Below, one piece after another: positions 1 through 7,063 of a stretch of DNA of 9,836 nt. The stretch is from a virus (taxonomy: Duplodnaviria > Heunggongvirae > Uroviricota > Caudoviricetes), in the IMG/VR virus record IMGVR_UViG_2541047798_000001; one strand, written 5' to 3'. A program made the position numbers and the translations under genes. Below the pieces are notes generated by a model that did not search any database, was not told the DNA's origin, and was given only the letters and a program-made list of their open reading frames with translations. Each line of letters starts with the position of its first letter. Position 1 is the stretch's first letter.

Positions 1-1239
1 ATGAGCAGGGCAATTCATAGACTTAGCGACACTCTTTTACGAAAATTAAGCGGATCACCAACCACAAAAAACACCTTTTTTAATGATGGTGGCAACCTTA
101 GCGTAAGGCATTCAACCAATGGCCTGTTAACCTGGTATTTCACTTACAGGGCCGGAACAGGCAGGAAGGTAGCCCCTGAACGTCTGAGGCTGGGAAATTA
201 TCCAGATTTGAGCCTGAAAGCAGCCAGGGAAAAAGCGTCGCAGTGTCGCGCCTGGCTTGCTGAGGGTAAAAATCCACGCCATGAGCTTAATCACACCGTA
301 CAGGAAGCGTTATCACCTGTTACGGTTAAGGAAGCGCTCACTTACTGGCTTGAATCGTACGCGAAGGAAAAGCGCACAGATTACGAATCTCTGAAAAGCC
401 GGATCAATACACACATAATCAGCCATATTGGTGCTATGCCGCTGGAAAAATGCGAGCTACGCCACTGGCTGACCTGTTTTGATCAGCTTGCTAAGCGTAA
501 TCCGGTATCAGCAGGATTTTTGTTACAGGTATGCAAGCAGGCGCTTAAGTACTGCCGCAAACGACGCTACGCAATTACCAACGTTCTAGATGATATGGTT
601 GTAGGTGATGTTGGGAAAAAAGCAGAAATAAGCGAGCGCATACTAACAAACAAGGAGCTTGGGGAATTACTCCGCGCCCTGGATGAAAAAATTTACCCAC
701 CGTACTACAGCGCCCTGATTCGCCTCCTGATTGTCTTCGGATGTCGTACCACTGAGCTAAGACGCTCTGAGGTCCAGGAATGGGATTTTAAAGAAATGCT
801 CTGGACCGTGCCGAAAGAACATAGCAAAACGAAGGTAGCAATATTCAGGCCAATACCGGAAGCGATCTTGCCGTTCGTAACGAAGCTGGTGGAGCAGAAC
901 AGGCACACGGGATTATTGCTCGGAGAACTGAAAGGGCAATCATCCGTATCAGAGTACGGAAGAACGGCACACAGACGTATTAATCAAGCCCCCTGGACGT
1001 TGCACGACATCCGGCACACGTTTACAACGATGCTGAACGATTTAGGCGTGGATCCTCATGTAGTGGAGCAGCTAACCGCGCACCAGTTGCCAGGAATGCA
1101 ACGAGTCTATAATCACTCCCGTTATCTTGATGCAAAACGTGACGCTCTTAATCTATGGGTTGAGCGTCTCGAGCTTCTCCAGAACAATGATGAAAAAATC
1201 GTTGTTATGACCCCGCGAATTTACTCCCAAAATTCTTGA
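1..1239 (+). CDS. int: Tyrosine recombinase / integrase, P4 (CP4-57) type
   Basis: 412-aa ORF. N-terminal arm-binding (DUF4102-like) region (GLLTWYFTYRAGTGRKVAPERLRLGNYPDLSLKAAREKA); C-terminal catalytic domain with HxxR box (LHDIRHTFTT) and catalytic Tyr context (VYNHSRY). Confidence 0.9.
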   Translation: MSRAIHRLSDTLLRKLSGSPTTKNTFFNDGGNLSVRHSTNGLLTWYFTYRAGTGRKVAPERLRLGNYPDLSLKAAREKASQCRAWLAEGKNPRHELNHTVQEALSPVTVKEALTYWLESYAKEKRTDYESLKSRINTHIISHIGAMPLEKCELRHWLTCFDQLAKRNPVSAGFLLQVCKQALKYCRKRRYAITNVLDDMVVGDVGKKAEISERILTNKELGELLRALDEKIYPPYYSALIRLLIVFGCRTTELRRSEVQEWDFKEMLWTVPKEHSKTKVAIFRPIPEAILPFVTKLVEQNRHTGLLLGELKGQSSVSEYGRTAHRRINQAPWTLHDIRHTFTTMLNDLGVDPHVVEQLTAHQLPGMQRVYNHSRYLDAKRDALNLWVERLELLQNNDEKIVVMTPRIYSQNS

Positions 1240-1247
1240 CAAATTAC

Positions 1248-1273
1248 GGCTATTTTTCTTGCGAAAAATAGCC
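1248..1273. repeat. Perfect 11-bp inverted repeat GGCTATTTTTC-ttgc-GAAAAATAGCC just 3' of the int stop; AU-rich hairpin, possible terminator or protein-binding site
   Basis: Read directly from sequence. No strong U-tract follows, so an intrinsic terminator role is uncertain. Confidence 0.4.
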
Positions 1274-1282
1274 CTCTAAAAT

Positions 1283-1315
1283 AAATCGTCGAATATCGGC
1301 AAATATCGACGATTT
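1283..1315. promoter_or_regulatory. Inverted repeat AAATCGTCGA-N13-TCGACGATTT in the AT-rich int-alpA intergenic region; candidate operator
   Basis: Perfect 10-bp arms read from sequence; lies in the ~410-bp AT-rich region upstream of alpA. Confidence 0.35.
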
Positions 1316-1648
1316 ATATGTGTCAAGTATTGAAAAAATTTGAAATGTCTTCTTCTGAGTTCTTATTCTCTGTTTCTTGATTGTTCCAACACCTGATGGT
1401 TTATCTATTTGTTTTTAATGAGATAATTTAAGTGTAATACCAAATGACGACATTTTTTTGTTGCGTCGCTTAAAAACTCGTGACACGATTTTATGAACAG
1501 CAGCAAACTCTAGCGAACTTTGACGAACATAAAGTTCAGAAAGGTTACGTATTCAATTTAAGAGGTAAGAAAAGCTAAGAAGTAATATCTTTCCGTATAT
1601 CCACAGCGAAACAAAAATTTCTATACGTAATTTTATGTAGGACTTTTT

Positions 1649-1858
1649 ATGCGCGAAATAAATGAAGATCGTGTAATCCGCGAAAAAGAATGCAGAGAGC
1701 TAACAGGCGTTTGCCGCACAACTCGTTACGAGATGGAAAAGCAGGGCCGCTTCCCCTCACGTATCAGTCTCGGCGGTCGTTCTGTTGGCTGGGTTAAGTC
1801 TGAGGTTATGGAATGGGTTAAAAGCAGAAATCGTATTAATTCAGGTAAGGCAGCGTAG
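1649..1858 (+). CDS. alpA: AlpA-family phage regulatory protein (excisionase-like HTH)
   Basis: 69 aa; SD AGGA about 6 nt upstream of the ATG; signature GGRSVGWVKSEVMEWV and preceding TGVCRTTRYEMEKQGRFP match the Phage_AlpA/Vis family; positioned directly after int as in P4-like and PICI elements. Confidence 0.85.
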   Translation: MREINEDRVIREKECRELTGVCRTTRYEMEKQGRFPSRISLGGRSVGWVKSEVMEWVKSRNRINSGKAA

Positions 1859-1884
1859 GGGGAACATATGACACATAAAACAAA

Positions 1885-1904
1885 GGCGACCTGTGGCGGT
1901 CGCC
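1885..1904 (-). terminator. GC-rich hairpin GGCGACC-tgtggc-GGTCGCC between convergent alpA and the minus-strand regulator; T-rich tract follows on the minus strand
   Basis: 7-bp perfect stem; on the minus strand it is followed by TTTGTTTTATGTGT; about 90 bp downstream of the minus-strand gene stop. Confidence 0.4.
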
Positions 1905-1992
1905 AATGGGAAAACACTAAACATAAGCCAGAACATCATAGCGATTTGCTGTCTGGTGGGCAATGTGCTCAGTGTGCTGGCTTGCTGGTGGG

Positions 1993-2172
1993 CTATTCCT
2001 GCTCTTTGGCCTTGCGGCGCTGGCGGCGTTTGATTTCGCCGCGCATGGCTGCGTTTATAAACTGTCCCGTGCTTTCGCCTTCTTCTTTCACGTTCTCCAT
2101 GCCTTCAATAATTTCATGGGCAATACGTGCAGTTACAGATTGTGATTTTGCATTCTTTGGACCCGTTGCCAT
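1993..2172 (-). CDS. Small DNA-binding protein, probable ribbon-helix-helix (Arc/CopG-like) repressor
   Basis: 59 aa from the internal ATG of ORF 1993..2211 (MATGPKNAKSQSVTARIAHEIIEGMENVKEEGESTGQFINAAMRGEIKRRQRRKAKEQE). SD GAGGGG lies 6 nt upstream of that ATG. N-terminal beta-strand-like KSQSVTARI followed by two predicted helices. Operator-like repeats lie in its promoter. Confidence 0.45.
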   Translation of the reverse strand: MATGPKNAKSQSVTARIAHEIIEGMENVKEEGESTGQFINAAMRGEIKRRQRRKAKEQE

Positions 2173-2192
2173 GTTTAACCCCTCATGTTTTT

Positions 2193-2275
2193 GGTGTAAG
2201 ACAATATACACGAAAAAAAAATATTTTGAAGGGTTGACGTGTAAGACACCATTATTTTACATTGTGTCTTACACC
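2193..2275. promoter_or_regulatory. Divergent promoter/operator region: three copies of GTGTAAGACA(C) at 2194-2203, 2239-2249 and inverted at 2264-2274
   Basis: Repeats read from sequence. Copies 2 and 3 form an inverted pair separated by 14 AT-rich bp and overlap a candidate TTGACG(2234)-N18-TACATT + strand promoter; copy 1 sits just downstream of a candidate minus-strand -10 (TATATT). Confidence 0.5.
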
Positions 2276-2371
2276 TTATTGATGAAAGGCACAGAAACGA
2301 CGAAACCCCGCACTGTAGGAGCAGTAACGGGGCTTCTAACCACCAACGATAGCAACAGTATCGAGGTAGCT

Positions 2372-2575
2372 ATGAGAAATCATACCACACACCCGAAAGG
2401 GCGGGACTCGCACAACCTGAATAAATACATCTGGCGTTTTATCGCCCTGAGCACGGCACAACCGCGCGTGATTACCATTGAGGCCACCAGCGAACAGGAA
2501 GCACGCCAGCAATCCCCGGCTGGCTGCGTGATGGTATTCGCCGCCCGTATTCGTCAGGGGGTGTGCCATGCCTGA
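2372..2575 (+). CDS. Small protein, possibly Icd-like (host cell division inhibitor family); first gene of the replication operon
   Basis: 67 aa (MRNHTTHPKGRDSHNLNKYIWRFIALSTAQPRVITIEATSEQEARQQSPAGCVMVFAARIRQGVCHA); SD GAGGT 4 nt before the ATG; the pattern IEATSEQEARQQ...VMVFAARIRQG resembles Icd-like proteins of P4-type elements as recalled. The rest of the 235-aa ORF 1868..2575 is treated as spurious. Confidence 0.4.
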   Translation: MRNHTTHPKGRDSHNLNKYIWRFIALSTAQPRVITIEATSEQEARQQSPAGCVMVFAARIRQGVCHA

Positions 2576-2888
2576 CATGACCAATTACCAGTACCTGATT
2601 AATCCGCATTTTAACTGTGAGCATGATATTGCTAAAAAAGTTTATTCCGCTGCGGATGGGGCTACTGACAATATATCAATGGGTATTGCGTCAATTGGTA
2701 GCCTGATGTGGTATGCGTCAGAAAATAAGGAATATGACGAAAAGTCCATGCGCATTGATATGGGTAATATCGGTTTGTTACTGGCAATGCTTGGGCAGTT
2801 TGATATTTCGTTACGGTGCACCATTGAAAATGCCAAAGATGCATTAAATGCTATAAAGAAAGCGAATACTGATTTAAATCGGGGATAA
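2568..2888 (+). CDS. Hypothetical protein (106 aa)
   Basis: ORF overlaps the previous stop by 8 nt (translational coupling); SD GGGGGTG upstream; no recognisable motif. Confidence 0.5.
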   Translation: MPDMTNYQYLINPHFNCEHDIAKKVYSAADGATDNISMGIASIGSLMWYASENKEYDEKSMRIDMGNIGLLLAMLGQFDISLRCTIENAKDALNAIKKANTDLNRG

Positions 2889-2894
2889 ATAATC

Positions 2895-3194
2895 ATGAGA
2901 ACATATTTATCTGGCTTGACTGCCAGCGGTTATGCACACCCCCAAATTATCCCCGGCGCTATTTATCTGGATAAGAACGGTAACAGAGTAACGGTAAAAG
3001 AACTGATGTTTGACCGAGTGTATTTTATCCGTGATGGCTATTCATTTCTTAGTTCGCTGAACGTGGAGATCTTTATTAGCAGATTCAGGCGGGAAATCCC
3101 GCTTTCCAGAAATAACCATGTGTCATGTATGGATGTTGATAAAAAACTACAGGAACTAAAAAACATGATTGCCGCGTGGAGAGAGCAGAAATGA
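2895..3194 (+). CDS. Hypothetical protein (99 aa), possibly DUF4222-like
   Basis: Segment PGAIYLDKNGNRVTVKELMFDRVYFIRDGYS resembles prophage DUF4222 proteins as recalled; stop overlaps the primase ATG (ATGA). Confidence 0.45.
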   Translation: MRTYLSGLTASGYAHPQIIPGAIYLDKNGNRVTVKELMFDRVYFIRDGYSFLSSLNVEIFISRFRREIPLSRNNHVSCMDVDKKLQELKNMIAAWREQK

Positions 3195-5314
3195 AAAAAG
3201 CGCCAAATTTAAAACACCAGCCACGTGACAAAATGACGGAAGTCATCATTTTTGCGGGTAGTGATGCGTGGGCACATGCGAAGCAGTGGCAGGAACAGGA
3301 CGGGCGACTGGCTGGCGACAGCGTGCCTCCTGTCTGGCTTGGAGAGCAACAACTTGCCGAACTGGATAAGCTGCAAATTGTGCCGGAAGGCCGAAAATCA
3401 GTACGCATATTCAGGGCCGGACATCTTGAGCCAGTAATGATCAAGGCGATTGGTCAGAAGCTGGCGGCGGCAGGCGTACAGGATGCAAATTTTTACCCTG
3501 ATGGAATGCACGGTCAGGAGGTGGAGAACTGGCGCGAATATCTAGCCCGTGAGCGGCAGAATCTTTCTGATGGTCTGGTTATTGAGTTTCCGGTAAAGAA
3601 AAAAGATACCGGAAGCCATAGCGATGACGAATTAAAGCCACGCGTTGAAAGTCGCGCCGATGGTGTTTTCTGGGTAACGCCCAAAGTGGATAAGCAGTCA
3701 GGCGAAATTATCCGGCCTGAGACGTGGTTATGTTCTCCGCTTGAACTACTGGGAACGGGGACGATCGGTAAAGAGCATTACCGCGTGATGCGCTGGAAAA
3801 AAACCGCAAACCATGAAGTCATCACAATGGCGATCCCGTGTGGTGGTATCGGCGACCGTGACGGCTGGCGGTTACTTAAAGATCACGGGCTGAACGTGAC
3901 AACCAACGGCAAATACAGGGCAATCCTGGCGGACTGGATGCAGTTAAGCGGAAGCCATGAGGAATGGCAGTTAAGCACAACAACGGGCTGGCATTTTGGC
4001 GCGTACATCATGCCGGACGGTTCGATCATTGGTGAATCTGAAAAACCGATCCTGTTTACCGGAAAAAGCGCCGCGATTAACGGTTATTCCGTGGCGGGCA
4101 CGGCGGATGGCTGGCGCGACAGCGTGGCGCGGCTGGCTGGCGGTAATGCCTCAATGATGCTGGGTGTGGCAACGTCACTGGCAGCGCCTTTAATTGGCCT
4201 TGTGGGTGCTGACGGCTTCGGGGTGCATCTTTTCGAACAGTCATCGGCAGGTAAGACCACCACGCAGAACATCGCATCAAGTTTATGGGGAGAGCCGGAC
4301 GCGCAGCGGCTGACCTGGTACGGCACGGCGTTAGGTATTGCCAATGAGGCCGAGGCCCATAATGACGGGCTTTTACCACTGGATGAGATAGGCCAGGCCG
4401 GAAATGCGCGGGAAGTGTCAACGTCTGCTTATACGCTGTTTAACGGTTCAGGGAAATTGCAGGGGGCGAAGGATGGCGGCAACAGGGAGATCAAACACTG
4501 GCGAACGGTGGCAATCAGCACCGGAGAAATGGACGTTGAGACATTCCTCAAAAGTGAGGGGATAAAAGTTAAGGCGGGGCAGCTTGTCCGACTGCTTAAC
4601 GTTCCGATGGAAAAAGCCACGAAATTTCACGAATACAGCAACGGTAAGGAACATGCTGACGCGTTAAAGGATGCCTGGACAGCAAATCACGGGGCGGCGG
4701 GTCGTGAGTGGGTTAAATGGCTGGCAGGCCACCAGCAGGAGGCAAAGGATACGGTAAGGGAATGCCGCGAACGGTGGCGCAACCTGATACCGGAGAGCTA
4801 CGGCGAGCAGGTCCACCGCGTGGGTGAACGTTTCGCCATACTGGAGGCCGCGCTTGTGCTTTCCGGTCATGTAACTGGCTGGGTCGTGCAGGAATGCCGC
4901 GACGCGATACAGCATAACTTTAATGCCTGGGTGAAGGAGTTCGGCACGGGTAACAGGGAATTTAAACAGATGGTTGAACAGGCTGAGGCGTTTTTGTCGT
5001 CGTTTGGGTTTAGCCGCTACCTTCCGTACCCCAATACAGATGAGCGTGATTTACCGATTAAAGAGCTTGCCGGATACAGAAAAGGGAGCATTCGCAACGA
5101 AGATGACGAGATGCGCTATTACACGTTCCCGCACGTGTTTGAGAGTGAGATAGCGAAGGGATTTAATCCGGCGCATTTTGCGCGTGCCCTGGATGCTGCC
5201 GGAATGCTGGAGAAGGGAAGCGATCGCCGATACAAAAAAAAGGCGCTGGGCAAGATTGGGGGTAAGCAGCATGTTTTTTACGTGCTGATGTTCCAGCCTG
5301 ATGATGAAGATTAA
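3191..5314 (+). CDS. Replication initiation protein: primase/helicase-like P-loop NTPase (DUF927 / P4 alpha-like)
   Basis: 707 aa from the ATG at 3191 (SD GGAGAG; ATGA overlap with the upstream ORF). Deviant Walker A FEQSSAGKTTT and Walker B LLPLDEIG; N-terminal segment EVIIFAGSDAWAHA may be Toprim-like; followed immediately by an iteron array. Confidence 0.7.
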   Translation: MKKAPNLKHQPRDKMTEVIIFAGSDAWAHAKQWQEQDGRLAGDSVPPVWLGEQQLAELDKLQIVPEGRKSVRIFRAGHLEPVMIKAIGQKLAAAGVQDANFYPDGMHGQEVENWREYLARERQNLSDGLVIEFPVKKKDTGSHSDDELKPRVESRADGVFWVTPKVDKQSGEIIRPETWLCSPLELLGTGTIGKEHYRVMRWKKTANHEVITMAIPCGGIGDRDGWRLLKDHGLNVTTNGKYRAILADWMQLSGSHEEWQLSTTTGWHFGAYIMPDGSIIGESEKPILFTGKSAAINGYSVAGTADGWRDSVARLAGGNASMMLGVATSLAAPLIGLVGADGFGVHLFEQSSAGKTTTQNIASSLWGEPDAQRLTWYGTALGIANEAEAHNDGLLPLDEIGQAGNAREVSTSAYTLFNGSGKLQGAKDGGNREIKHWRTVAISTGEMDVETFLKSEGIKVKAGQLVRLLNVPMEKATKFHEYSNGKEHADALKDAWTANHGAAGREWVKWLAGHQQEAKDTVRECRERWRNLIPESYGEQVHRVGERFAILEAALVLSGHVTGWVVQECRDAIQHNFNAWVKEFGTGNREFKQMVEQAEAFLSSFGFSRYLPYPNTDERDLPIKELAGYRKGSIRNEDDEMRYYTFPHVFESEIAKGFNPAHFARALDAAGMLEKGSDRRYKKKALGKIGGKQHVFYVLMFQPDDED

Positions 5315-5336
5315 TCCCCTGTGTGAGGAAAAAAAT

Positions 5337-5652
5337 TGCGGGTTATGCGGGTTATCCTGTGTATAAGTGTATTAAGTGCATGAATATAAAGGAAACCAAT
5401 AACCCGCACGTAACCCGCAAAAGGGCATTTATAACCCGCAAAAGCACGATTATAACCCGCAGGCGAATAACTGAAGTAACACCGGACAGTCATGCGTAAC
5501 CCGCAGAAAAAACCCCGTTTGCGGGTTATTTTGAGCGTTTTGCGGGTTACGTGGTGAGCAAATAATAAACAGGGCGTTTTGCAAAATACTGATATAAAAG
5601 GATAAAAAATGGTTAGCACGCTAAGATAACCCAATAACCCGCATAACCCGCA
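5337..5652. repeat. Iteron-type origin of replication: at least 11 copies of (A)TAACCCGCA / TGCGGGTTA plus an AT-rich (TA)5 tract
   Basis: Copies at 5337-5345, 5346-5354, 5520-5528, 5541-5549 (TGCGGGTTA orientation) and 5399-5408, 5411-5419, 5431-5440, 5452-5461, 5497-5505, 5634-5643, 5644-5652 (TAACCCGCA orientation); degenerate copy at 5626-5633; (TA)5 at 5661-5670. Sits directly 3' of the replication gene. Confidence 0.7.
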
Positions 5653-5684
5653 CATGTTTCTATATATATAAATTGAGGTGGCAA

Positions 5685-5936
5685 ATGACCAGAACACGCA
5701 GAGACAGAACAGAGCCAAAATATAAAGCGTTAGACATGACTGAGCACACCTTAAAGGTGGCAATCAGAACGATAGACCGCCACACGCGGGAAGGATACGC
5801 GAAGGAACATCCCGACCTGATAAGCGCATTCATGACCACGGCGGCGGAAAACTTTGCCACGCTGACAGAACGGGAGATTGCCGAAGCGGAACAGGTAACA
5901 ACCATCAACGTTAAAACCGGAGAGGTGGAATCATGA
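5685..5936 (+). CDS. Hypothetical protein (83 aa)
   Basis: ATG at 5685 with SD GAGGTGG (5675-5681); the TTG start at 5673 from the ORF track is less likely. Stop overlaps the ssb ATG (ATGA). Confidence 0.5.
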   Translation: MTRTRRDRTEPKYKALDMTEHTLKVAIRTIDRHTREGYAKEHPDLISAFMTTAAENFATLTEREIAEAEQVTTINVKTGEVES

Positions 5937-6343
5937 CAGCACAGATAGCGGCTTACGGTCGGCTGGTGGACGACCCGCAGGTAAAACAGACCAGCAAGGG
6001 CACACCGATGACGCTGGCGCGTATGGCGGTATCACTGCCATGCAGTCAGGCACAGGACGGACAGGCGACGTTATGGCTATCGGTCATCGCATTTGGTAAG
6101 CAGGCCGACTTCCTGGCTAAACATCAAAAAGGCGACGTTGCCAGCGTATCCGGCACGATGCAGGTAAGCCAGTGGACCGGACAGAACGGGGAGACGCGTC
6201 AGGGTTATCAGGTTATTGCAGACAGCGTAATCAGTGCCCGTGCGGCACGTCCTGGCGGGAACAGACGCAAAACCACAGGCGCACAGGGTAATCAGCCACC
6301 AGCGGGAGGCGATGACCCTTACGGTGATGATATTCCGTTCTGA
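5933..6343 (+). CDS. ssb: Single-stranded DNA-binding protein (SSB-like)
   Basis: 136 aa. OB-fold-like N-terminal region aligns by eye with E. coli SSB (AAYGRLVDDPQV ~ LVGNLGQDPEV; LWLSVIAFGKQADFLAKHQKGDVASVSGTMQVSQWTGQNGETRQGYQVIADSV ~ [50 protein letters not shown]); Gly/Pro/Gln-rich linker; C-terminal acidic tip GDDIPF identical to the SSB partner-binding motif. Confidence 0.8.
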   Translation: MTAQIAAYGRLVDDPQVKQTSKGTPMTLARMAVSLPCSQAQDGQATLWLSVIAFGKQADFLAKHQKGDVASVSGTMQVSQWTGQNGETRQGYQVIADSVISARAARPGGNRRKTTGAQGNQPPAGGDDPYGDDIPF

Positions 6344-6353
6344 GGGGGTGACG

Positions 6354-6602
6354 ATGGTACATGACCGCATAGCGGAAGAACTCGAAGCGAAAGGATTTTA
6401 CCGGAGGGCGGCGGCGCGATGGGGTGAAGTCATGATGCTGGTGGAGACAGACAAGGAACGGCATCACATCACGATGCGACGGCTGGAATGTTCCAGGAAG
6501 GCACAGAGGCCACCGGAGCCGCCAACGGAGAACTATGCAGACCTGAGAAATGCAGTAAATCGCACTTACGCAGACATGGGGCTGAGCAAATTAGCAGAGT
6601 AG
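6354..6602 (+). CDS. PerC-family transcriptional regulator-like protein
   Basis: 82 aa from the internal ATG at 6354 (SD GAGGGGG; begins 10 nt after the ssb stop). Motif AEELEAKGFYRRAAARWGEVM matches the PerC/Pch signature as recalled. The upstream part of ORF 6234..6602 overlaps ssb and is rejected. Confidence 0.5.
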   Translation: MVHDRIAEELEAKGFYRRAAARWGEVMMLVETDKERHHITMRRLECSRKAQRPPEPPTENYADLRNAVNRTYADMGLSKLAE

Positions 6603-6624
6603 GAATACCAGAACCACACCACAC

Positions 6625-6647
6625 AGCCGGAGCAATCCGGCTTTTTT
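6625..6647 (+). terminator. Rho-independent terminator after the replication operon
   Basis: Stem AGCCGGA / TCCGGCT with GCAA loop followed by T6. Confidence 0.7.
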
Positions 6648-6658
6648 GCGCCCAAAAA

Positions 6659-6693
6659 AAGCCCGATAAGGTCAGAGGTGGCTTATCGGGCTT
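6659..6693. terminator. Second hairpin, possibly a bidirectional terminator
   Basis: Perfect 12-bp stem AAGCCCGATAAG / CTTATCGGGCTT with 11-nt loop; A7 upstream and T4 downstream. Confidence 0.5.
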
Positions 6694-6772
6694 TTGCATA
6701 TGAGGTTTTTTGGTGCACTGACACACATGATCGGGATAATAATTTCATAATTTGCAACGCAACTCAATATCA

Positions 6773-6825
6773 TTGCACAAAATGCAATCATGATTATAAT
6801 CATAACTGGATGAACATCCAGTTAT
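6773..6825 (+). promoter_or_regulatory. Capsid-operon promoter: TTGCAC(6773-6778)-N16-TATAAT(6795-6800) embedded in three palindromes
   Basis: Perfect -10 and 4/6 -35. Palindromes: ATTGCA-caaaa-TGCAAT (6772-6788), ATGATTATAATCAT (6790-6803), ATAACTGGATG-AA-CATCCAGTTAT (6802-6825, at the predicted start region). Confidence 0.5.
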
Positions 6826-6856
6826 GATTTTTTAAGTCAAAGAGGAATTTCTTACT

Positions 6857-7063
6857 ATGGCTGAAGAGAAAAAAGGCGGTGTTTCGGTGTACATAAGCCC
6901 CGACATCGTGAAGGCGCTCAAGGAACGCCACCAGCAGAACGTAAAAGCAGGCATTGCGGCAGGACTTGATCCGCTGGCGATGGTTGAGCCGTCAACAGGC
7001 TGGCAGGTACGCGCCTATTTACGCGCGGCGCTGGGTATGAATCAGGTTCACGGGGGTGAATAA
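6857..7063 (+). CDS. Hypothetical small protein (68 aa), first gene of the capsid operon
   Basis: SD AGAGGA upstream; stop overlaps the capsid ATG (TAATG). N-terminus (GGVSVYISPDIVKALKERHQQ) is compatible with a ribbon-helix-helix fold, but this is uncertain. Confidence 0.5.
   Translation: MAEEKKGGVSVYISPDIVKALKERHQQNVKAGIAAGLDPLAMVEPSTGWQVRAYLRAALGMNQVHGGE

Noticed and set aside
1-1239. Attachment site or tRNA adjacent to int
   Set aside because: The window begins exactly at the int start codon; no tRNA-like sequence or att core can be identified inside the window.
1868-2575. 235-aa + strand ORF
   Set aside because: It runs antisense through the better-supported minus-strand regulator gene and across the operator/promoter region, with Cys/Trp-rich, low-complexity translation. 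Only its last 67 codons (2372-2575), which have their own SD, are kept.
4077-4915. Several minus-strand ORFs (63-114 aa) inside the primase gene
   Set aside because: Antisense to a long, motif-bearing CDS; Pro/Arg-rich translations typical of GC-rich antisense frames.
5352-5360. DnaA-box-like 9-mer TTATCCTGT in the origin region
   Set aside because: Only about 6/9 match to TTATCCACA; too weak to call without further evidence.
5337-5652. Possible CRISPR array
   Set aside because: Repeats are only 9-10 bp, occur in both orientations with irregular spacing and no spacer-like unique units; consistent with iterons, not CRISPR.
5673-5684. TTG start for the 83-aa ORF given by the ORF track
   Set aside because: The in-frame ATG at 5685 has a well-spaced SD (GAGGTGG), whereas the TTG would overlap that SD.
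5311-5763. 150-aa minus-strand ORF
   Set aside because: Lies entirely within the iteron/AT-rich origin region; its translation is a repeat artefact (Cys/Phe-rich) with no RBS.
6234-6353. N-terminal 40 codons of ORF 6234..6602
   Set aside because: Overlaps the 3' end of ssb in another frame; the ATG at 6354 with its own SD just after the ssb stop is the likelier start.
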